A stretch of 59,414 bases of DNA from an uncultured Bacillota bacterium (GTDB taxonomy: Bacteria > Bacillota_I > Bacilli_A > RF39 > UBA660): the NCBI GenBank assembly GCA_946611635.1, contig CAMODW010000004.1:1-59414 (forward strand). The letters run 5' to 3'. Each line of letters begins with the position of its first letter. Position 1 is the first letter of the stretch. Below the pieces are notes generated by a model. That model searched no databases. It saw only the letters and a program-made list of their open reading frames with translations, and was not told where the DNA came from. A program made the position numbers and the translations under genes. Below are positions 8,511-18,189 of the stretch, one piece after another.

Positions 8511-9659
8511 TTAATCTCCTCCATTTAATAATTCAGATATATATACTGATGGATAAGCTATATAAGGAATTTTAAAAACAACTTTTCCTTTTATACTATC
8601 ATAAGTAACATCAAATACATCTTCTGTATTATTATTATCACCTTTCGTATGATAATAATACTTACCATTTTTTTTCTCAATTCTAACTAACCTATGAACA
8701 ACGATCCTATCTTCACCCTTAAATATCAAAATATCATTTAGTTTTAATTCATTTTCCTTAACTTTTGCTCCAAACACAGCATCCCCAACCTTAATAGAAG
8801 GTTCCATAGAAGCGCTACCAACACCAAGTAAAAACCAAGGAAAGTATCCACTAATAAGAGCTGCCAAGCAAAAAAACAAAGCTATAACTACAAAATCAAA
8901 AGGTTTAAAAGTTGTATAAACAAAATCTCGCTGAACACCATCATTGAAATCAGAAATGAATCTTGAACTATATAAATATACCAAGAATGGTAAACCTATA
9001 CTAAACATAGATAACAAATAATCTCCTAAATCAGGGAATATAGGTACAAAAAACATATAACAATCTAAGACCAACCTATATAATAAAGAAGGCTTATATC
9101 CAACATAATACGTTAAATAACTTAGAACATAATGTTTAACAGTAAGAGGTATAAAAACTAAAGTTAAAAACCTAAAAAGACCAGAAATTTCATTAAGTGG
9201 ATAAGCTTTAATACTCATTATCGCTTCAACCATAACAAAGAAAATAGTTAGAAACGCTATTGATACTTTTTGATTCTTATTAGGAACAATAAATATATAT
9301 CTAAGCAATTCCATAGATACAATAATAGCAATTGGTGCAAATACATTATCAATAATTGAACTAGCTTTTAAAGAATAAGAATTACTTAAAAATCCCACAA
9401 CTAAACCTAAACCATAAATTACTAGAAAATATATTATGATCTGTGTAGCAATAATTTGCAATATACTTTTCCTAGCATAAGTTTTCTTATCTTTAGCAAA
9501 ACCATAGAATAAATAAGCAACAAATGTAATAACAATTAAAAAACATGCTGTTATCGATTCAGAATACTTTAAAAATTTATCTAATATATAAAAAACATAT
9601 AAATAAATATATGTTCCAAGAAGTAATATAATTATAAAATTCTTTAAATATTTTTTCAT
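8511..9659 (-). CDS. SipW-type (ER/archaeal-type, S26B) signal peptidase I fused to a ~270-aa N-terminal polytopic membrane domain
   Basis: The C-terminal ~110 aa carry GSASMEPSIKVGD, VVHRLV and TKGDNN, matching B. subtilis SipW SGSMEP / THRIV / TKGDNN. The N-terminal part has at least 7 hydrophobic segments. RBS AGGGAG. Confidence 0.85.
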   Translation of the reverse strand: MKKYLKNFIIILLLGTYIYLYVFYILDKFLKYSESITACFLIVITFVAYLFYGFAKDKKTYARKSILQIIATQIIIYFLVIYGLGLVVGFLSNSYSLKASSIIDNVFAPIAIIVSMELLRYIFIVPNKNQKVSIAFLTIFFVMVEAIMSIKAYPLNEISGLFRFLTLVFIPLTVKHYVLSYLTYYVGYKPSLLYRLVLDCYMFFVPIFPDLGDYLLSMFSIGLPFLVYLYSSRFISDFNDGVQRDFVYTTFKPFDFVVIALFFCLAALISGYFPWFLLGVGSASMEPSIKVGDAVFGAKVKENELKLNDILIFKGEDRIVVHRLVRIEKKNGKYYYHTKGDNNNTEDVFDVTYDSIKGKVVFKIPYIAYPSVYISELLNGGD

Positions 9660-9720
9660 AATAATACTCCCTATTTATTCCTTATATAAGAAGACAAATC
9701 TCTTTATCTTCATATATAAA

Positions 9721-9757
9721 AAATAAATATATAATCGTCAGATTATATCATTTATTT
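9721..9757 (-). terminator. AT-rich hairpin plus T-run between paralog B and the SipW gene (terminator or attenuator)
   Basis: Minus strand AAATAAATGATATAATC-tgac-GATTATATATTTATTT followed by TTTAT. Confidence 0.5.
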
Positions 9758-9760
9758 TTA

Positions 9761-10318
9761 CTAAGCTTGAACAAAATTCATAATATAAGCTAAATTTAGT
9801 GCAGGTACTTGATTATTAATAGTAGTAGCATCAGCAAGTTCTCTACTATATTCAACTCTTATTCTTAATTTAATAGATTGATTTGCTGCTAATTCTAAAT
9901 TAGCTGGAACATCTACATCCACATTATCTTCTATCATTTTAACAGTATAGACAATATAAGGATAACCCTCTGCTCCAGTCTTTGAAGTTGAATTCAATTT
10001 AGCGGCTAAAGACCCAGAATTAACTACATCAACAGTAAATTCATAAAAATCCCCAGGAGCATTCAAATCAACAGCATATGACAATTCAGTAGTATTTGAT
10101 GCAGTATAAGGTTCATTTTCTGTATTTACTGAACCATTTGTAATAGCAACATTTTCAAAATGAACATTCCAAGAAGATCTCCCGATATTAGCAGTACCAT
10201 TAATCTGAAGAACAGAACTTAATGCAGCATATCCTACTCCAATGACAACAAACAATAATAATAAACCAATTACCAATAAAGTATTACTATTATTTTTCTT
10301 TTTGCTCTCTTTATTCAT
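9761..10318 (-). CDS. small secreted protein, paralog B (candidate SipW substrate or major subunit)
   Basis: 185 aa. LLVIGLLLLFVVIGVGYA / ALSSVLQINGTA / WNVHFENV / PGDFYEFTVDVVNSGSLAAK. RBS AGGAGAG. Followed by a hairpin. Confidence 0.7.
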   Translation of the reverse strand: MNKESKKKNNSNTLLVIGLLLLFVVIGVGYAALSSVLQINGTANIGRSSWNVHFENVAITNGSVNTENEPYTASNTTELSYAVDLNAPGDFYEFTVDVVNSGSLAAKLNSTSKTGAEGYPYIVYTVKMIEDNVDVDVPANLELAANQSIKLRIRVEYSRELADATTINNQVPALNLAYIMNFVQA

Positions 10319-10393
10319 CTTAACTCTCTCCTATCTTAAAAAAATAATATCATTATTTTCTTTTCGTTTCCACTATTTAAATTTCGTTTTACA

Positions 10394-10945
10394 TTAATTT
10401 TGTATATAGTTAACACTAAACGCTAAATTAACAGTTTCATACAAATCATTCAAATCATCTTCATTAATCGGTAAAAGTTTTAAATACTTAACATTTACTT
10501 TTATTTTTTTCCTTTCTCCAGCTCTAAGAATATCACCTTCATTTATTGGAGAACCATCTAAATAAGTTATATTATATTCAATATATTCCTCTTGTTCGGA
10601 AGACAAACCAATTTTTTGACAATCAGTAACTTTTGCATCTACTGTACCTTCGTTATACACATCTGCTACCAACTCATAATAATCATCTATTTTATTAAGA
10701 TTTATCGAAAAACTTATAATAGTTCCTTGACTATTTACACTAGGTGGAACAACAGCAAGACTATCTCCATTAGTAACATTAACATTATCAAAATGAATAT
10801 TCCATTCACTTCTTCTAATATTAGTAGTACCATTAATCAAAATATTTGATGATACTAAAGAATAACCTAAAGTTATACATAACAATAATAAAATAATCAG
10901 CAAAACGTAATTTTTTCTTTTTTTCGATTCGTTTTTTTCTTCCAT
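10394..10945 (-). CDS. small secreted protein, paralog C (more divergent)
   Basis: 183 aa. VLLIILLLLCITLGYS / LVSSNILINGTT / WNIHFDNV / DDYYELVADVYNEGTVDAK. TGcTATAAT-like -10 at 10972..10980 upstream. Confidence 0.65.
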   Translation of the reverse strand: MEEKNESKKRKNYVLLIILLLLCITLGYSLVSSNILINGTTNIRRSEWNIHFDNVNVTNGDSLAVVPPSVNSQGTIISFSINLNKIDDYYELVADVYNEGTVDAKVTDCQKIGLSSEQEEYIEYNITYLDGSPINEGDILRAGERKKIKVNVKYLKLLPINEDDLNDLYETVNLAFSVNYIQN

Positions 10946-10992
10946 AACATCATCTTCCTACTATATTATTCATTATAGCATATAAAAAATAA

Positions 10993-11754
10993 TTACGAAA
11001 CATTTTTAATAGCGTTCTTTATTTCTTCATAAGAAAAACCCTTAGCTAATAACTTAGCCATAATTCTTCTTTCCAATTCATACCCTTCATACTTTTTTAC
11101 AAGCACCTTATAAACTTTTTTATACTCTTTTTCTATAATATTAGATGACACTTTTATTTCTTTATTATTTAAGCAATCTATAATATCTTTTTTATCATAT
11201 CCATAATTATACATATCAACAATTAGTTTTTCCCTAAGTTTATTACTACTATATTTATAATTAGTTCTAATTTTTTTCTCTATAATCTTATCTAACTTTT
11301 CTAAAAAAACATCTTTATTATATTCATTTAATCCATTTAAAATACTTTCTTTATCAAAACCTAATTCCATTAGTTTTCTCACTATCTTATTTGGACCATA
11401 ATTATTAATTGCTATTTGATTAGATATGAACATTTTTAAATAGTAATTATCATTCAAATACCCTTCTTTTAGCAATCTTTCAATAACCATATCTATAACT
11501 AAATGAGGATAATCATCTAAATATTCTTTTATTTCTAAAGTCGTTCTCATCTTCTTATTTAAATACTTTATACTCTTATAATAAGCTTCCATATATTTAT
11601 TATATTTATCTATTTCTTCTACATCTTCTATTTCTTTTTTTATCAATAGATTAAAATGAATTATAGTATCATCATAGAGTTTAAGAACATCTCCGTTATC
11701 TAAATATAAATCATATTTATTACTTTTATTTTTTTTATACTTTATAATCTTCAT
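10993..11754 (-). CDS. recX: RecX-like regulatory protein
   Basis: 253 aa with Firmicutes-type RecX architecture: N-terminal beta-hairpin (KYDLYLDNGDVLKLYDDTI), then repeated three-helix modules rich in Y/K/E. Motif-level call only. Confidence 0.55.
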   Translation of the reverse strand: MKIIKYKKNKSNKYDLYLDNGDVLKLYDDTIIHFNLLIKKEIEDVEEIDKYNKYMEAYYKSIKYLNKKMRTTLEIKEYLDDYPHLVIDMVIERLLKEGYLNDNYYLKMFISNQIAINNYGPNKIVRKLMELGFDKESILNGLNEYNKDVFLEKLDKIIEKKIRTNYKYSSNKLREKLIVDMYNYGYDKKDIIDCLNNKEIKVSSNIIEKEYKKVYKVLVKKYEGYELERRIMAKLLAKGFSYEEIKNAIKNVS

Positions 11755-11810
11755 AAAACCACCATCATGTACATCTTATCACACATACATTTGTATGTAA
11801 ATAAAAAGAC

Positions 11811-12788
11811 TTAGTCATCTTTAACTAAGTCTTCTTTATATTTTAAACAATCTAAATCTAAATCTTTAATAATATTACTAATCATTGATTCATCTTTAAT
11901 TCTTATTCCACTTGCCATTTTATGACCTCCACCACCATATTTAGCAGCAGTCATATTTATAACCGGCCCCTTACTTCTTATATTAATTTTATATATAGAA
12001 TTCTTCTCGTCATAAGTAATAAAAACCCAGGCATATACATCTTTAATATTAGAAAAATCATTTATCATATTAGAAGGAGTTGCAGCATCTACATTATATT
12101 TATTTAGTATATCAGAAGATATATTAATATATGCAAGTCCATTCTCTGTTACATTCAAATTCTCACTTATATACCCATGAAATTTTATTTCATTTATATT
12201 TCTATCATACAAGTAATGGTATAATTCAACAAAATTTATTCCTGTTTTATCAATTAATTGACTAACTAAAGAAAACGTTCTAGAAGTTGTATAACTAAGT
12301 AAAAATCTATCACTATCTGATACAACTCCCAAAAACAAATTCTCAGCAACCTTTCTATCATACTTAAGAGGAGTTTTAAATAACAACTCAATAATCATTT
12401 GACAAGCACTAGAAGAAGATTCATCTACCCAATCACAATCTCCAAACACTTCATCAGATGGATGATGATCTATCTTAAACATTTCTGTAAAAACTGATGA
12501 ATCAACGCCATCAATTCTACTTTTGTTAGGCACATCACATGCTATTAATAATGTATTACCTTCCAAAGTAGTTTCATCTATTTTATCAAGAGTCCCAAAA
12601 TATTTAAACTTTGCTACCCCTGCTCCAACAGCATATACCTTCTTCTTTGGAAAAGTTAATCTAATAGAATCCCTAAGAGAAATCTGAGAAGCAATCGCAT
12701 CAGGATCAGGACTAATGTGTCTAGCTATAACTATAGTATCATATTGTTTTATTTTTTTGAAAATCTTTCTTATTACATTATTTATCAC
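11811..12788 (-). CDS. nrnA: DHH/DHHA1 phosphoesterase, NrnA-like oligoribonuclease / pAp phosphatase
   Basis: HISPDPDAIAS, DHHPS and GGGGH motifs. GTG start 5 nt after AAGGGAGGA. Confidence 0.8.
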   Translation of the reverse strand: MINNVIRKIFKKIKQYDTIVIARHISPDPDAIASQISLRDSIRLTFPKKKVYAVGAGVAKFKYFGTLDKIDETTLEGNTLLIACDVPNKSRIDGVDSSVFTEMFKIDHHPSDEVFGDCDWVDESSSSACQMIIELLFKTPLKYDRKVAENLFLGVVSDSDRFLLSYTTSRTFSLVSQLIDKTGINFVELYHYLYDRNINEIKFHGYISENLNVTENGLAYINISSDILNKYNVDAATPSNMINDFSNIKDVYAWVFITYDEKNSIYKINIRSKGPVINMTAAKYGGGGHKMASGIRIKDESMISNIIKDLDLDCLKYKEDLVKDD

Positions 12789-12814
12789 ACTAATCCTCCC
12801 TTCTATATTCTATT

Positions 12815-14011
12815 TTAACCATTTATTATTTCATAAGTATCTCTAATAATCATTAATTCTTCATTAGTAGGAATAACATATACATCTACTTTAGAATCAT
12901 TTGAGCTAATTAATCCTTCTTGAACATCTTTATAAGATGCAATAGTATCATTAACTTCTTTATTTATATTAATCCCTAAACAATTAAGCTTACTAATAAT
13001 ATCTTCACGTGCCATGCAACCATTTTCTCCTACACCAGCAGTGAAAACTATAGCATCTACATCTCCATTCAATTCAACATAGTACTCAGCAATATATTTA
13101 GCTACTCTATCATTATACATACGAAGAGCAAGTATTGCTTTTTGATCACCTTCAGCAGCAGCTTCTTCAACATCCCTAGAATCACTATGTCCTGATATAC
13201 CTAACAAACCACTTCTCTTATTAAGAGCATTAGTTATATCACCAACACTTAAACCAGATTCTTTACATACATATTCAAGAATAGAAGGATCAATAGAGCC
13301 ACTTCTTGTTCCCATCATCAAACCATCAAGAGGCGTTAATCCCATTGTAGTATCATAACATTTTCCATCTTTAATCGCACTTATACTAGCACCACTACCA
13401 ATATGTGCAATAATAAGATTAACATCATCTCTACCTAATTTTTCTTTCATAACATTTGTTATATATTTATGACTTGTTCCATGGAAACCATATTTACGAA
13501 CACCATACTTTTCATACCATTCCATAGGTACTGGATACATATAATTATAATCTGGCATAGTTTGATGGAAGGCTGTATCATATACAGCAACCATAGGAAC
13601 ATTTGGTAAAGCTTTTCTCATAGCTTCGATTCCTGCTAAATTACCAGGATGATGCAAAGATGCAAATTTAGTCATATCTTTGATATCTTGAATTACTTGA
13701 TCAGTAATTAGAACAGAATCCTTGTACTTTTCAGCACCATGAACAACTCTATGCCCTACACCTTTTATTTCATCTAGACTTTTAACTGCTTTATGTTTTA
13801 ACAACTCTTCAATTAAAACTTCTACTGCTTCACTATGATTTTTTAAATATCTTCCCCCTTTTATTTTTTCACCATTAACCTTAGTAGTCCAAAAAGTATC
13901 TTCTAATCCAATCTTTTCAATGTAACCACTAATAATTACAGTTTCTTCTGGCATTTCAAATAATTGAAATTTTAAAGAACTACTACCTGCATTTACGCAT
14001 AATAATTTCAT
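12815..14011 (-). CDS. ackA: acetate kinase
   Basis: MKLLCVNAGSSSLKFQLF, HRVVHGAEKY, GFHGTSH, EELMI. RBS AAAGGGAGGTGA. Confidence 0.95.
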   Translation of the reverse strand: MKLLCVNAGSSSLKFQLFEMPEETVIISGYIEKIGLEDTFWTTKVNGEKIKGGRYLKNHSEAVEVLIEELLKHKAVKSLDEIKGVGHRVVHGAEKYKDSVLITDQVIQDIKDMTKFASLHHPGNLAGIEAMRKALPNVPMVAVYDTAFHQTMPDYNYMYPVPMEWYEKYGVRKYGFHGTSHKYITNVMKEKLGRDDVNLIIAHIGSGASISAIKDGKCYDTTMGLTPLDGLMMGTRSGSIDPSILEYVCKESGLSVGDITNALNKRSGLLGISGHSDSRDVEEAAAEGDQKAILALRMYNDRVAKYIAEYYVELNGDVDAIVFTAGVGENGCMAREDIISKLNCLGININKEVNDTIASYKDVQEGLISSNDSKVDVYVIPTNEELMIIRDTYEIING

Positions 14012-14131
14012 AATTTCACCTCCCTTTAATTATACAAAAAAAAGGATAGAATATCTATCACTTTTTAAATATTTGCATACCTTTTTCACGCAGTTTATTT
14101 GTTCAATATCATAAATAAGTTAAAATCATAA

Positions 14132-15031
14132 TCATTTTTTTTCATTAATATCATATTTACTAGGATAAACCTTAATAGTATACTCTCTTTTTTTACCATC
14201 TTTAGAAACTATTACAAACTCTGTTTTTCCACCTTTAACAAAGCTCATATTTACACAATATTCATCCACTCCACTTTCATATTTTATTCTAGCTTCACCA
14301 TACTTTTTATCTTTTAAATAAACTTTATCCGTCTTTTTTACCTGATAATTATCCCCACCGAAAAACTGAATATCATAAACTTTTGGTTTAACAATAGTTA
14401 TTATAGTAAACACTAAAATAATAATAATTCCTAATACAATACCAATATTTTTAATCTTTCTATTTTTGAATATAAATAACGGATATATTATTATTGTTAC
14501 TGCACAAAAAATTGCTGACAATAAATGGGAAGGAAAAATAAAAACTAACTCTCTTAAAAATCCCGAATAATGAAAACCAAGAAATACCATCATAGGTAGT
14601 AATATTAATAAACTCCACCATTTATCTTTCTTCATATAGTATCCTATAAATCCCATAGGAACACAAAGTATTGTTGGTAATATCCAAAATCTATAATAAG
14701 TCATCAACAAATTCGAATGATTTACTATATCTTGAACAATATAAATAAGTGGCTGACTAATTAAAAAGAAAACAAAACATTTTAAAGCCGAATCCTTATG
14801 CGATTCACTATTCATAATAATAACAATACCAAATAATATCCATACCTCAAATGAAATACATATATCTCTAAAAGAAGTATTAAGAGTTGCCGGTATTAAG
14901 GCTATAACACCACAATAAACACCTATTACAATCGCAGCAATTATTACTTTAAACCATGTTAATTTTATACCACCAAATAATCCTTTTCTTTCATTATCTT
15001 TTTCTTTTTTTACACTCTTCATATAAACCAT
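14132..15031 (-). CDS. polytopic membrane protein with a small C-terminal beta-rich domain (unknown function)
   Basis: 299-aa ORF with about 6 hydrophobic segments. Start ambiguous (15031 or 15022). Confidence 0.6.
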   Translation of the reverse strand: MVYMKSVKKEKDNERKGLFGGIKLTWFKVIIAAIVIGVYCGVIALIPATLNTSFRDICISFEVWILFGIVIIMNSESHKDSALKCFVFFLISQPLIYIVQDIVNHSNLLMTYYRFWILPTILCVPMGFIGYYMKKDKWWSLLILLPMMVFLGFHYSGFLRELVFIFPSHLLSAIFCAVTIIIYPLFIFKNRKIKNIGIVLGIIIILVFTIITIVKPKVYDIQFFGGDNYQVKKTDKVYLKDKKYGEARIKYESGVDEYCVNMSFVKGGKTEFVIVSKDGKKREYTIKVYPSKYDINEKK

Positions 15032-15036
15032 TCCTT

Positions 15037-16224
15037 TTATAATAAATCTTCAAATTTATTCTCATCAACACTTGTTATTCTTATTATATCATCATTTATT
15101 ATAGCTTTTTTAATTAATTCTTCATAATCAATTAATTTTTCATATTCCTCACATAAGCTTTGCTCAGGATTAATAACCGGATGCTTAGGAACAAAGATAG
15201 TACAACAATCTTCAAAAGGTTCAATACTTATATTATAAGTATCTATCTTTTCACTAATTTTAATAATATCTATTTTATCAAAACAAGCAAGAGGTCTAAT
15301 AACAGGTATTTTAACAACTTCATTTATAACAGACATGCTACTAAGAGTCTGTGAAGCTACTTGCCCTATACTCTCACCATTTATTAATATTTTACATCTA
15401 TTTCTATGAGCAATTCTTTCACTTATTCTATACATCATTCTTCTCATAATAGTTATCAAATAGTCATGAGGAATATTTCTATATATAGTTTCTTGAATCT
15501 CTGTAAAATTAATAACATGTAACTTAATATCATTATTATATAAAGCTAATTTTTTAGCTAAATCAATTACTTTATTCTTAGCCTCAACACTTGTATGAGG
15601 AGGACTTTCAAAATAAATAGCTTCTATTTTTACCCCTCTTTTAATAGCCATATAACCTGCTACAGGAGAATCAATACCTCCACTTAACATTAGTAAACCT
15701 TTACCAGCAGTTGAAACAGGATACCCACCTAATCCTTTTTCACTATTAAAATAATAATAAATCGCATTTAATCTTATTTCTATATTTATATTTAAATCAG
15801 GATTATGAACATCTACTTTCTTATTATCACTATTTTTTAATATTATAGCCCCAACAATTCTACTAACTTCCATAGATTGTAAAGGATACTTTTTATTACT
15901 TCTTTTAGTAGTAACTCTAAAAGTACTAAAGCCATAATCTTTAACTTTTTCTAAAATATTTCTTCCTAATAAATCAATATCTTCATCATAATTCATTTTA
16001 TAAACAATATTATATTCATGTATACCAGCAACATAATGTAATTTATCAATAACTTTATCAAACTCTTTTGTTTCAACAAACATTCTTCCTTTATCAAAAC
16101 TAACTATAACATCTAAATCCTTAAGCGCAAACTCAACATTTTTCTTTAACTGTTTTAAAAAAGCATTAATATTATCTTTTTTTGTACTTAATTCACCATA
16201 CTTAATCATAATAAGTTTATCCAT
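15037..16224 (-). CDS. thiI: tRNA 4-thiouridine synthase ThiI (no rhodanese domain)
   Basis: THUMP-like N-terminus, PP-loop SGGIDSPVA, C-terminal FEDCCTIF. ATG at 16224 preferred over the ORF-track GTG at 16239. Confidence 0.9.
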   Translation of the reverse strand: MDKLIMIKYGELSTKKDNINAFLKQLKKNVEFALKDLDVIVSFDKGRMFVETKEFDKVIDKLHYVAGIHEYNIVYKMNYDEDIDLLGRNILEKVKDYGFSTFRVTTKRSNKKYPLQSMEVSRIVGAIILKNSDNKKVDVHNPDLNINIEIRLNAIYYYFNSEKGLGGYPVSTAGKGLLMLSGGIDSPVAGYMAIKRGVKIEAIYFESPPHTSVEAKNKVIDLAKKLALYNNDIKLHVINFTEIQETIYRNIPHDYLITIMRRMMYRISERIAHRNRCKILINGESIGQVASQTLSSMSVINEVVKIPVIRPLACFDKIDIIKISEKIDTYNISIEPFEDCCTIFVPKHPVINPEQSLCEEYEKLIDYEELIKKAIINDDIIRITSVDENKFEDLL

Positions 16225-16323
16225 ATTATCACCAATCACTTTTTATAATATTTAATAGATTAAACAAATCTATTGACAATTATACATATATATTAAACTA
16301 TTGCAAGTCTATAAAGAAAGAAA

Positions 16324-16686
16324 TCAATTCTTATTATCTTCTTTTACTATTTCTAACAGTGTTTCATAGTTATAATTATCATCTTTGCTATAATTAATAG
16401 TTATTTCAGTATTATCTTCTAATAAGTCATATAAGATTTTTTTATAAGTCTTATTATTTTTAACTCTAAAAGAATCACCCTTGATCGGATCACACGGAGC
16501 TTTAATACAATATATTACATCATATTCTACTATATCTAAATATTTATCACTTACCAAGATATCATATTGCTTATTCTCGTAATTAAAATGAACTATTCCT
16601 TTTTCTTTACTATTTTCAAAAAACAAAAAATACAAAGCAATTATTACTAATAACATTGTAAAAATAATAACTATTTTTTTCTTCAT
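16324..16686 (-). CDS. small N-terminally anchored hypothetical protein
   Basis: ATG at 16686 (MKKKIVIIFTMLLVIIALYFLFF). No motif recognised. Confidence 0.5.
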   Translation of the reverse strand: MKKKIVIIFTMLLVIIALYFLFFENSKEKGIVHFNYENKQYDILVSDKYLDIVEYDVIYCIKAPCDPIKGDSFRVKNNKTYKKILYDLLEDNTEITINYSKDDNYNYETLLEIVKEDNKN

Positions 16687-16694
16687 AATCAAAC

Positions 16695-17066
16695 CTAACT
16701 ACAATTATTAATACTTCCTAAATCATATATATTTCTATATCCCGCTTCACTTAAGCTTTGTGCAGCTATTGAACTTCTTTTTCCACTTTTACAATAAACT
16801 ATTATTATAGAATCCTTATCATCTACTACATCTTCTATTTTATTAACAATTTCTGTATAAGGGATATTAATTGCCCCTTCTAAATGACTTTCTTCATATT
16901 CATCTTTTTCTCTAACATCTATAATTACTCCTTGATCTGCTTGTAAATCTAAAGCTTTTTCACAAGTAACACTTGTTATACCTTTTTTTTCTTTTAATTC
17001 TTCTTTATTTGTTCCACAAGCACAAAGTAAAAAAATCATACTAATCATTAACATTATCTTTTTCAT
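16695..17066 (-). CDS. rhodanese-domain lipoprotein
   Basis: Start MKKIMLM at 17066 after GGAGGAG. Lipobox LLCACGT. Active-site loop YCKSGKRS. Confidence 0.8.
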   Translation of the reverse strand: MKKIMLMISMIFLLCACGTNKEELKEKKGITSVTCEKALDLQADQGVIIDVREKDEYEESHLEGAINIPYTEIVNKIEDVVDDKDSIIIVYCKSGKRSSIAAQSLSEAGYRNIYDLGSINNCS

Positions 17067-18144
17067 AATTAACTCCTCCTTCAAAATAAACATTATTAAA
17101 TATCGTTAAGAAATAATCAATTTCTTTATAACTAACTAAATGAGACAAACTAATTCTAATACTAGTTAAACTTCTAATCTTATTACCATATACTGCCATA
17201 ACACTTGTACTTAAATCACTTTGGTCATCCATATTACTAAGATAAATCTCATAATCATTTAAACAATTAACTATATCTTTTGTATTTCTATCCATCAAAC
17301 TAATATTAATTATATACGGAACACAAAATTTATTACTATTAATATATAACCCTTTATACTTTCCAAGTTCTGAGGACAATAAATCGTGTATTTCTATTAT
17401 TCTTTTTTCTCTCTCGTTTAAAGAATCTACATTTACCTTTACCATCTTAGATAAAGCTACAATACTAGGTAAATCAATTTCATACTTATTATATATTTTT
17501 AGATTATTCTTTTTGAATACTATCCCTTTTCCTTTTAATCCATAAGCATTATCACTAATCATCATACCAATATCTATATCTTTAAAATTTATACTAATTC
17601 TTCCAAAAGCATAACTTAAATCCGAAAAGAATATGACATTTTCATTTTCTTTCTTAATAATCTGCTTAATAATCTTAATCGGTTGTCTAACCCCTAAATC
17701 ACCATTAACATAAGGAATACTCACCAATAAGGTATCATTATTTATTAATTTTTTTAAGTGATTTAAATCAATCAAGCCGTTTTCATCATTATTAACATAA
17801 CTAATACTATAATTATTATCTTCTAATTTTTTTATAAATTTATACATAGAAGGAGATTCTAATTTAGATACTATTATTTTTTTTCTCTTATTTTTATTAG
17901 AACTAATAATATCCATTAAAACTCTATAATTATCTTCTAACCCATTAGTTAATATAATCTCTTCTTTAGACGCTCCAAGATTTTTGGCCATTTCATTTAA
18001 AGATGTATTAAGCAACAATTCACTTCTTTTTCCTAAATCATTATTAGAAAAGATTTTATTATAATATTCTATAGATACCATAGAATATGTTTTTAATACT
18101 TCATCATCCACTGGCGTAGAAGAAGCATAATCAAAATAAACCAT
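17041..18144 (-). CDS. NifS/NifZ-like class V aminotransferase-fold protein lacking the PLP lysine and catalytic cysteine (probable pseudoenzyme)
   Basis: Fold-level resemblance (VYFDYASSTP..., LVSIPYVNGDLGVRQPI). However, SGHK is SDNA, the EH of the PLP-stacking His is ES, and SSGSAC is SNMDDQ. Confidence 0.6.
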   Translation of the reverse strand: MVYFDYASSTPVDDEVLKTYSMVSIEYYNKIFSNNDLGKRSELLLNTSLNEMAKNLGASKEEIILTNGLEDNYRVLMDIISSNKNKRKKIIVSKLESPSMYKFIKKLEDNNYSISYVNNDENGLIDLNHLKKLINNDTLLVSIPYVNGDLGVRQPIKIIKQIIKKENENVIFFSDLSYAFGRISINFKDIDIGMMISDNAYGLKGKGIVFKKNNLKIYNKYEIDLPSIVALSKMVKVNVDSLNEREKRIIEIHDLLSSELGKYKGLYINSNKFCVPYIINISLMDRNTKDIVNCLNDYEIYLSNMDDQSDLSTSVMAVYGNKIRSLTSIRISLSHLVSYKEIDYFLTIFNNVYFEGGVNYEKDNVND

Positions 18145-18160
18145 TTACATCACTCTCTTC

Positions 18161-18189
18161 AAAAAATAAGAATGTCACCATTCTTATTT
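18161..18189 (-). terminator. terminator after ezrA (stop codon inside the stem)
   Basis: AATAAGAATG-gtga-CATTCTTATT followed by TTTTGAAG on the minus strand. Confidence 0.75.

Noticed and set aside
14012-14131. Possible CcpA cre site upstream of ackA
   Set aside because: No stretch matches the cre core (TGNAANCGNTNNCA). The nearest candidate lacks the central CG.
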